DNA from: Microcoleus sp.
GTDB taxonomy: Bacteria > Cyanobacteriota > Cyanobacteriia > Cyanobacteriales > Microcoleaceae
NCBI GenBank assembly: GCA_042408215.1
Contig: JAYFMW010000005.1
Coordinates: 288,001-352,000 of the forward strand
Direction: 5' to 3'
DNA length: 64,000 nt
Shown here: positions 53,386-61,198 of the stretch, in pieces
Layout: each line of letters starts with the position of its first letter
Numbering within the stretch: position 1 is the stretch's first letter
Translations under genes and position numbers: made by a program
Notes under the pieces: generated by a model
What the model was told of the DNA's origin: nothing
The model's input: the letters and a program-made list of their open reading frames with translations, nothing else
Databases searched by the model: none

Positions 53386-56316
53386 GTGGCAGTAGCAATC
53401 GAAGAATTACTTACATCCGAAATCAAGCAGCCAGCTCGTTATCTGGGAAATGAGTTGGGGGCTGCACATAAGCCTTGGGATGGGGCAAGAGTACGCTGGG
53501 TGCTGACTTACCCAGAAGTGTATGAAGTTGGTGCTTCTAATCTGGGGCACATCATCCTTTACAATATTTTGAATGCTTTGCCGAGACAGTTGTGCGATCG
53601 AGCTTATTTGCCGGCACCTGACTTAGCAGCAAAACTTCGATCGACTCAAACTCCCTTGTTTGCGGTAGAGTCGAGGCGATCGCTCACAGAATTTGATATT
53701 CTGGGCTTTAGCCTCAGCTACGAACTGGGAGCAACAAATATTCTGGAAATGCTGGATTTGGCCGGCATTCCCCTAACTTGGCAAGCAAGAGCGAAAAATT
53801 CCGAACTGCCGCTGATTTTTGCTGGCGGACAAACAGCAACTTCCAATCCCGAACCCTACGCTGACTTTTTTGACTTCATTGCTTTGGGAGATGGAGAAGA
53901 ATTGCTGCCGGAAATTAGCTTGGTTTTGGCAGAAGGCAAAACTAATGGTTTGAGTCGCGAAGCTTTGTTACTGGATTTGGCGCAAATTCCCGGCGTTTAT
54001 GTCCCGCAGTTCTACGATATGGCCGCAGATGGTTCTGTCCATCCCAATCGCCCCCAAGTTCCAGAACGAATTTTGCGCCGGGTGGCGACTCCCATTCCAG
54101 CTTATTCGATCGGCTTGGTTCCCTACGTTGAGACAGTACACGATCGACTGACAGTAGAAATCCGCCGGGGCTGCACTCGTGGATGCCGCTTCTGTCAGCC
54201 GGGAATGCTGACTCGCCCCGCGCGAGATGTCGAACCTCAACAAGTGGTAGAGGCGATCGTTCAAGGCATGAAAACTACCGGACAAAGCGAGTTTTCCCTG
54301 CTTTCCCTGAGTTGTTCCGACTATCTGGCACTCCCAGCAGTCGGGATGGAAATCAAAAACCGCCTTCGAGATCAAAATATTTCTCTGTCTCTTCCCAGCC
54401 AGCGGGTAGATAGGTTTGATGACAACATTGCCGACATTCTCGGTGGCACGCGCCAGAGTGGCTTGACTTTTGCCCCGGAAGCTGGTACGCAGCGGATGCG
54501 GGACATTGTTAACAAAGGTTTGACGAATGAGGAATTGCTGCGGGGTGTCAAAACTGCTGTCGATCGCGGCTGGGATAAAATCAAACTGTATTTTATGATC
54601 GGTTTGCCTGGGGAAACCGATGCTGATGTTGTGGGAATTGCCGAAACAGTCCGCTGGCTGCAAAGGGAATGCAGGCTAGATGGCCGGCGCAAACTGATTT
54701 TTAATTTGACAATTTCTAATTTTACGGCTAAGCCTCACACTCCGTTTCAGTGGCACTCTGTTTCTACGACGGAGTTTTCGCGCTTGCAAAAGCTATTGAG
54801 GACTGAATTGCGATCGCTCAACAATCTTAAGGTGAATTTCACCGATGTGCGGATTTCGGCAATGGAGGATTTTGTCGGGCGGGGCGACAGGCGTTTAAGT
54901 TCAGTAATCCGCCGTGCTTGGGAACTCGGAGCCGGTATGGATGCGTGGTGGGAAAGCTTGGATCAGGCTCACAAGGCCTGGACTCAGGCGATCGCAGAAT
55001 CCGATCTTACCTGGAAATATCGCCAAGTCGAAAACGGTGAGTGGAATTTGTTTGAAAAGAAAGAGGGGCACGACACGGATTCGGACAGGGATACAGGGAT
55101 GAATTTAACTGTGTCTCCCAAGTCTCCCAATCTCCCACTCCCCCCCTCTCCCACTCTCCCCCTCCCCCCTTCTCCCCAGGGCGGTTTCATTCTCACCAAA
55201 AACGAGGTTTTTGTAGGGGTAGTGCCCCCGTGCCTACCCCCGCCACCAACGATCGAATGGGGGTTTCAGGCCAAAAGGGCCGGCACGGGGGCACGGCCCC
55301 TACCAAGAATGAAACAGCCCTGCCCTTCTCCCTCTCTCCCATTCCTAGATCGACCTTTGCCGTGGGATCATATAGATACAGGAATCGACAAAAACTGGTT
55401 GAAAAATGACTTGCAAAAGGCTTTAGAAGCCGCAACAGTTCCTGACTGTTCCTTTGAAGGCTGTTCTCGCTGTGGCGTGTGCGGTACTGACTTCGGACAC
55501 AATGTAGTTGTAGCACCTCTGCCAATTCCTGAATTTGCCGGAGAGTTTGTGCCTCATAGCGATCGCAAACAGCGATTTCGGGTTTGGTTTGGCAAACTCG
55601 GTGACATGGCTTTGGTCGGTCATTTGGATTTGCTAAGATTGTTCGATCGAGTAGTCCGCAGAGCCGATTTGCCGATTTCCTTTACCGGTGGCTTTCACCC
55701 ACTCCCCCGAATTTCTCTGGCAAATGCCCTGCCTTTGGGTGTCACCAGCACGGGGGAAATTGTGGACTTTGAGCTGACTGAGTTTATGGATGCTACCCTG
55801 TTTCGGGAAAAATTGGTGGCTCAGCTCCCGGAAAATATGCCTATTTACAGGGTAGAGTCGATCGATGTCAAGGCTCCTTCTGCTAATCAGTTGTTAGAAG
55901 CTGCGGAGTACGTGATTACTGTGGCTGTAGCGGGTGCGTTGGCAGAAAATGAGATATTTGACATGGAGAATGCTGCTCCTGTCTCCGTCGCTCCTGATGC
56001 CCACTGGGAAGCTTGGGTAAAGGCGATCGTCGAGACAGAGGCTTTTTGGTGGGAGCACACTACTAAGTCGGGTAAGACGCAGCAAGTTAATTTGCGCGAT
56101 CGACTGCAAAAATTAGAACTTGTAGAGCCCTCTTCAGACACCCAGGCTGAAGGTAAAGCCGAAGATAGAGCCGTCTTGCGCTATACGGGTAGCTGTCGCA
56201 ATGACGGTAATCTGCTGCGAGTAGAACATATTGTGTTGATGCTTGAACAAGTCAGTCAGCAGGAAGTTCAGCTCCTACAAGTTCAGCGCCGTCAGCTTAT
56301 CCTCGGTTATGGTTAG
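53386..56316 (+). CDS. Radical SAM protein (TIGR03960-like) fused to a radical-SAM-linked C-terminal domain
   Basis: QPARYLGNE, RGCTRGCRFC, CSRCGVC, GHLDLLR..FTGGFHP; located upstream of rne. Confidence 0.9.
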   Translation: MAVAIEELLTSEIKQPARYLGNELGAAHKPWDGARVRWVLTYPEVYEVGASNLGHIILYNILNALPRQLCDRAYLPAPDLAAKLRSTQTPLFAVESRRSLTEFDILGFSLSYELGATNILEMLDLAGIPLTWQARAKNSELPLIFAGGQTATSNPEPYADFFDFIALGDGEELLPEISLVLAEGKTNGLSREALLLDLAQIPGVYVPQFYDMAADGSVHPNRPQVPERILRRVATPIPAYSIGLVPYVETVHDRLTVEIRRGCTRGCRFCQPGMLTRPARDVEPQQVVEAIVQGMKTTGQSEFSLLSLSCSDYLALPAVGMEIKNRLRDQNISLSLPSQRVDRFDDNIADILGGTRQSGLTFAPEAGTQRMRDIVNKGLTNEELLRGVKTAVDRGWDKIKLYFMIGLPGETDADVVGIAETVRWLQRECRLDGRRKLIFNLTISNFTAKPHTPFQWHSVSTTEFSRLQKLLRTELRSLNNLKVNFTDVRISAMEDFVGRGDRRLSSVIRRAWELGAGMDAWWESLDQAHKAWTQAIAESDLTWKYRQVENGEWNLFEKKEGHDTDSDRDTGMNLTVSPKSPNLPLPPSPTLPLPPSPQGGFILTKNEVFVGVVPPCLPPPPTIEWGFQAKRAGTGARPLPRMKQPCPSPSLPFLDRPLPWDHIDTGIDKNWLKNDLQKALEAATVPDCSFEGCSRCGVCGTDFGHNVVVAPLPIPEFAGEFVPHSDRKQRFRVWFGKLGDMALVGHLDLLRLFDRVVRRADLPISFTGGFHPLPRISLANALPLGVTSTGEIVDFELTEFMDATLFREKLVAQLPENMPIYRVESIDVKAPSANQLLEAAEYVITVAVAGALAENEIFDMENAAPVSVAPDAHWEAWVKAIVETEAFWWEHTTKSGKTQQVNLRDRLQKLELVEPSSDTQAEGKAEDRAVLRYTGSCRNDGNLLRVEHIVLMLEQVSQQEVQLLQVQRRQLILGYG
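55177..55322. mobile_element. 146-bp MITE with 10-bp target duplication, in frame inside the radical SAM gene
   Basis: CCCTTCTCCC|CAGGGCGGTTTCATTCT...AGAATGAAACAGCCCTG|CCCTTCTCCC. Confidence 0.92.
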
Positions 56317-56378
56317 AATTAGGAAAGCTCAAGGTGGAATATTCCGCCTTTGGCTTTCGATCGGGATGTGTCGTTTCA

Positions 56379-56388
56379 TGCTATAATG
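56379..56388 (+). promoter_or_regulatory. Extended -10 promoter, probably for the long rne leader
   Basis: TGCTATAAT followed by GC-rich hairpins. Confidence 0.5.
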
Positions 56389-56660
56389 GCTTGTCAAGGA
56401 AGCCGCTGCGGATCGAGGGCAATATGTCCCTCGTCGCCAGAGTCAACCAGCAACGCGGGCTGGGTGCAAATTGCTTCTGTTCAAGACTTCAAGCCTTTTT
56501 GTACATTGTTGGCTAAATAAGTGCGCCAAACCCGCACCAGGGGGGTCAGAACTAAATTTAGTGGTTAATCCGATCGATCGACAGCAAGTCGATCGTTGGC
56601 TTACCAAAAATCTCATGGTTCAAGCCGCTCTGCGGGTGTTAAACAATAGATGTTTTTCAC

Positions 56661-57032
56661 CTAAAAAATGGGCGGAGCGAAGCGCAGGGGCCCAAGCCCC
56701 GTCCTTCTAGGACGGCTTTGTTAGAATTTAGAAAGGCAAGAAAGGCAAGTAAGAACAACCATCTACGTGTTGAAACAATTTCATAAGGTGAGACTCCTGG
56801 GTTGGATCGCTACTCGGCAATGCCGAGCCTGTCCAAACAAGCAATAGTGAATTGTTGAGCGTACCTAACTGGCTGATTGATGGACTCAGAAAGCAATCTA
56901 AAAACAAAAGTAAGCGCAATTGCAATACTTCTCGTACCAGTAGTTGTTTTGAGCGTGTAGAGGCGATTTGACAGCGCCTTTAAGACTCAAGTCTTAAGAA
57001 TCTCCGTGGCGTTGATTCCCGGAGAGTGTCAA
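56661..57032 (+). mobile_element. ORF-less IS200/IS605 element with putative structured RNA (copy A)
   Basis: TCAC flank, CCCCGTCCTTCTAGGACGG left end, TGTTAGAAT -10, GAAT-hairpin-TCAA right end. Confidence 0.85.
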
Positions 57033-57136
57033 AGGGTTCTACGGTTGGTATAGAGGAAGTCGCAGTCGAATGGGAAGAGTCAGGTGAGTTGAGTTCGATC
57101 GCACTCATAGTTCAACAAAAGTCTAGGCGCTTTCAC

Positions 57137-57546
57137 CGAAAGACGAGCGGGAAGCCCCGCCTTTCAAGGCTGGGGAGGAACGCGGTTGCGACTTATTTAG
57201 TCACCTAAAAACTATGGCACGGCTTAAGGCAAAGCGGTATACTAATTACAGCGATTAAGAATAACCATCTACGTGTTGAAGCATTTTAGTCTCGGTGAGA
57301 TTCCGGCACAGTAAGCAACTACTGCTTTTGAGCAGGAAGCCTATTTAACTGACAAGAAATATCAAAATGTGGAACGTACCTATCTCAGGCTAAGTGATGG
57401 ACTCCGAAAGCATAAAAAAGCTAAAAGTATACGCAAGGTTTGGATTTGTCTAAGCTAAGTGGGTAGAGGTGCCTTGATAACGCCTTTGAAAGTCCCTTTG
57501 TGGTCTTAATCAAGAATCCCCCCGATTCATCGGTGGGGAGTGTCAA
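57137..57546 (+). mobile_element. ORF-less IS200/IS605 element with putative structured RNA (copy B, diverged)
   Basis: TCAC target, GAAG-CCCC..GGGG left end, TGGCAC-N17-TATACT, GAAT-hairpin-TCAA right end. Confidence 0.85.
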
Positions 57547-57827
57547 TCTTACTTACTTTCTCTCGAAACCAGCCCTCAACCACCACTTCGCGGAGTTATC
57601 AGTTCGTAGTATTGAGTTGTGTGTTAAGAAATTGGTACGGTGCCACTGAATTGATGCGCTGAGTTCAAATTAAGAGTTACAAGTGTTGATTTTTGAGTAT
57701 TGAGTTCGCAATTCTCCACTCAAAAATCGAGATTACTAACTCGATAAAAGCATCCTCATTTCTATCTCCCAGATTAAGCTGCGGGGTCGAAATCATAACT
57801 CTGTACGAGCGGGTTTAACCACATCTG

Positions 57828-57932
57828 TAACAGTTAACAGTCAACAGTTAACAGTTAACAGTCAACAGTTAACAGTTAACAGTTAACAGTTAACAGTTAA
57901 CAGTTAACAATCAACAGTCAACAATCAACAGT
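57828..57932. repeat. (AACAGTT/AACAGTC)n STRR tract
   Basis: About 14 heptamers. Confidence 0.9.
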
Positions 57933-58058
57933 TTTTTCACCCTGCGCCAACTCACAGCGAATAACTCTTGAAGCTACTACCAATTAACGTCCAAGTCATA
58001 GGCACTGTGAGTGCGTAGGTGTCTCCAACTTGCAGCAAAATTTTTTCGAGGAAAGTGA

Positions 58059-60377
58059 ATGTCAAAGCAGATAGTTATAGCAGAGCAGCATCGGATTGCT
58101 GCCGTCTTTTCAGAAGATCAAATCCAAGAACTCGTGGTAGCCACAGGGAGCCATCAAGTTAGCGATATTTACTTGGGAGTTGTCGAAAATGTATTACCTG
58201 GGATAGATGCCGCCTTCGTAAATATTGGCGATCCAGAACGCAACGGGTTCATGCACGTCACGGATCTCGGCCCACTGCGGCTCAAACGATCGGCAGGGGC
58301 AATTACAGAACTCCTGACTCCGCAGCAGAAAGTTCTGGTACAGGTGATGAAAGAACCGACGGGCAGCAAAGGGCCCCGGTTGACAGGCAATATCACTCTG
58401 CCGGGGCGCTATTTGGTGCTGATGCCCTACGGTAGGGGAGTTAATCTCTCTAGGCGGATTAAGGCGGAAAACGAGCGCAACCGCCTCAGAGCACTGGCTA
58501 TTTTGGTTAAACCGGCGGGGATGGGGCTGCTGGTACGCACCGAGGCTGAAGGGATGACTGAAGAAGCCATCATGGAAGATTTGGAGGTGCTGCAAAAACA
58601 GTGGGAAGCTGTTCAACTTGAAGGCGGTTCTACGCGGGCACCGGCACTGCTGAATCGCGACGACGATTTTATCCAGCGGGTGCTGCGGGATATGTTCAGC
58701 GGTGATGTGAATCGGATTGTGGTGGACTCGCAAAATGGGATTAAGCGGGTGAAGCAGCAGTTGATGAGCTGGAATGGGGGCAAACTGCCTGCGGGAGTTT
58801 TGATCGACCATCACCGAGAACGGACCTCGATTTTGGAATTTTTCCGTGTCAACGCTGCCATTAGAGAAGCTCTGCGGCCGAGAGTAGACTTGCCTTCTGG
58901 CGGTTATGTGATTATTGAGCCGACGGAGGCGCTGACGGTAATTGATGTCAACTCTGGCTCGTTTACTCGATCGGCCACGGCTCGCGAAACGGTACTTTGG
59001 ACTAATTGTGAAGCGGCAACGGAAATTGCTAGACAACTGCGATTGCGGAATATTGCTGGGGTGATTATTGTTGACTTTATCGACATGGAGTCACGGCGCG
59101 ATCAGTTGCAGGTGCTGGAACATTTTAATAAGGCTCTCAAGGCTGATAAGGCTCGCCCGCAAATCGCTCAACTGTCTGAATTGGGGCTGGTAGAACTGAC
59201 TCGCAAGCGCCAAGGTCAAAATATTTACGAGTTGTTCGGCCATAGTTGCCCGACTTGCAGCGGGTTGGGCCATCTGGTGCACTTGCCTGGGGAAGAGGAT
59301 ATGGGGGCGGGTGTCCGGGAATCGGGCGATCGCACTGTTGCCACCTCGAACCGCGTTTTGTTGACTTTGCCAGAAGGAACGGAGCGTGCGCCACGCTTGA
59401 CGCCGACGGCTGCTGCAACGACATCACCAGTTCGGGAAGAACGCCCCGCCGAAGCGCAGCGGGCTGCTTGGGAATCTCAGAACGAAACCTCGGATTTTGA
59501 TGCGGGCAATATGTCAGCATTTTTGGGCTCGTCTTTGGACTTGCTCAACCATCCTAGCTATCAGGATTTGGGTAACGGTACTCGACGCCGCCGCCGCCGC
59601 CGGATCGGTGAAGAGGCTTTTGTCATCACCCCAGAGGAGGAACCGGTACGCAGCAAGTTGCGACTGCCGAATACTTCGGGTGTTCCCATCGCGGATGTGC
59701 GATCGGAGTATCTCGCACCCCCTGGCATCCGGGCGGCTTCTGAGGGCTTCGGGCTGGTAAATATGACTGCCGGCAGACGGGAGGATTTCGATCGGGTGCG
59801 TCCAACTAAGTCGGAGTTGATGAAGCCGATGGTGGAGCCTCCAGAGGTGATTTCGGTAGAAATGACAACGGAGGAGCAGGATGTTTATGCTTTGATGGGG
59901 GTTTCTCCTTTGGTGCTCGCGGATCGGAGCCCGAAAAATCCGAAAAATACGATCGTTTCGGTAACGCTTCCGGGCTCTGGCCCGGCGAAGCCTCCTTTCG
60001 AGCAGCTAGAACTTGAATTTGAACCGACGGCGGCACCGGAGGACGTTGAGGAACAGGATGATTATGCAGAGATGTCTGTAGCCGAGAATGCCCGGCCTGA
60101 TTTTTTTGAGGAGGTTGAGGCGGATATTTACGACGAAAGTTCGATCGACGAATCTGATTATTTTGATCCCATTTCGGAGTCGGAAATCAGCGATCGGGCG
60201 ATCGAATCAATGGAATCAATGGAATCGATCGAATCAATGGAATCAATGGAATCGATCGAATCAATGGAATCAATGGAATCAATCGAATCGATCGAATCAA
60301 TGGAATCAATCGAATCGGAAGAGCCGGCGATCAACCGCCGCCGTCGTCGTCGCTCCTCTGCCCTTTTGGATGAATGA
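58059..60377 (+). CDS. rne: Ribonuclease E
   Basis: S1 IDAAFVNIG, VIDVNSG, IIVDFIDM, CPTC zinc link, Arg-rich C-terminal motifs. Confidence 0.97.
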   Translation: MSKQIVIAEQHRIAAVFSEDQIQELVVATGSHQVSDIYLGVVENVLPGIDAAFVNIGDPERNGFMHVTDLGPLRLKRSAGAITELLTPQQKVLVQVMKEPTGSKGPRLTGNITLPGRYLVLMPYGRGVNLSRRIKAENERNRLRALAILVKPAGMGLLVRTEAEGMTEEAIMEDLEVLQKQWEAVQLEGGSTRAPALLNRDDDFIQRVLRDMFSGDVNRIVVDSQNGIKRVKQQLMSWNGGKLPAGVLIDHHRERTSILEFFRVNAAIREALRPRVDLPSGGYVIIEPTEALTVIDVNSGSFTRSATARETVLWTNCEAATEIARQLRLRNIAGVIIVDFIDMESRRDQLQVLEHFNKALKADKARPQIAQLSELGLVELTRKRQGQNIYELFGHSCPTCSGLGHLVHLPGEEDMGAGVRESGDRTVATSNRVLLTLPEGTERAPRLTPTAAATTSPVREERPAEAQRAAWESQNETSDFDAGNMSAFLGSSLDLLNHPSYQDLGNGTRRRRRRRIGEEAFVITPEEEPVRSKLRLPNTSGVPIADVRSEYLAPPGIRAASEGFGLVNMTAGRREDFDRVRPTKSELMKPMVEPPEVISVEMTTEEQDVYALMGVSPLVLADRSPKNPKNTIVSVTLPGSGPAKPPFEQLELEFEPTAAPEDVEEQDDYAEMSVAENARPDFFEEVEADIYDESSIDESDYFDPISESEISDRAIESMESMESIESMESMESIESMESMESIESIESMESIESEEPAINRRRRRRSSALLDE

Positions 60378-61137
60378 AATGAAGGAAGAAGGAAGAGGGA
60401 AGAAGGCCCTTCGACTACGCTCAGGAACCGGGAAGAAACAAGAGGGCAGAAACAAGGAGGAAGAAGTAGAAATTTTTACTCTCTTCCCCTCTTTTCATCT
60501 CCCACTCCCGCCCTCTTCCCCTCTCCCCCTCTCCCCCTTTCCCTCGCCCTCTCCCTCTCCCCACTCCCAGATCATTGCAGGTGTGGATGAAGTCGGGCGG
60601 GGGGCTTTGTTCGGGCCCGTGGTGGCGGCTGCTTGCATTTTGCCCAGTTCGCTTTTGGATGAGTTGGCAAGTTGCGGGGTGCGAGATAGCAAGCAGTTGA
60701 GCGCCACCAACCGGAGTCGGTTAGCTGTGAAAATCCGGGAGGTGGCTGTTGACTGTCAAATTGGTGTGGCTTCGGTTACGGAAATCGATCGCCTGAATAT
60801 TTTGCAGGCTTCTTTGTTGGCGATGAAGCGGGCGATTTTGAAGCTGAAGGTTACTCCTGATTTGTGTTTGGTTGATGGGAATCAAAGGATTCCCAATTTG
60901 TCGATCGAGCAAGAGACGATGGTGAAGGGTGATTCGCGATCGATTCAGATTGCTGCTGCTAGTATTGTGGCTAAAGTTTGGCGCGATGAATTAATTGTGC
61001 GCTTGGCTGTTAAGTATCCTGAATATGACTTGACAAATAACAAGGGATATGGTACGGCTAAACATAAATTGGGGTTGGAGCGTTATGGGCGATCGGCTTT
61101 TCACCGATTATCATTTAGCCCTTGTCGAAAATCTTAA
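60370..61137 (+). CDS. rnhB: Ribonuclease HII with repeat-derived N-terminal extension (start uncertain)
   Basis: GVDEVGRG, RDSK, VDGN, KGD..IAAASIVAKV.RD, KGYGT, HRLSF. Confidence 0.92.
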   Translation: MNEMKEEGRGKKALRLRSGTGKKQEGRNKEEEVEIFTLFPSFHLPLPPSSPLPLSPFPSPSPSPHSQIIAGVDEVGRGALFGPVVAAACILPSSLLDELASCGVRDSKQLSATNRSRLAVKIREVAVDCQIGVASVTEIDRLNILQASLLAMKRAILKLKVTPDLCLVDGNQRIPNLSIEQETMVKGDSRSIQIAAASIVAKVWRDELIVRLAVKYPEYDLTNNKGYGTAKHKLGLERYGRSAFHRLSFSPCRKS

Positions 61138-61198
61138 AATAATGACGCACAACCTAGCTAAACAATCTTAATTTAACCTCTTCACCATCACTGATAAT

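Noticed and set aside
56661..57546. Group I intron (IStron) or hammerhead ribozyme
   Set aside because: No recognisable group I R/S (P7) core by eye, and TGATGGACTC.GAAA does not fit CUGAnGA..GAAA with flanking stems; a covariance search is still needed to exclude these
60088..60369. Long NQW-repeat N-terminus of RnhB
   Set aside because: It is an alternative-frame reading of the rne ESM/ESI repeat
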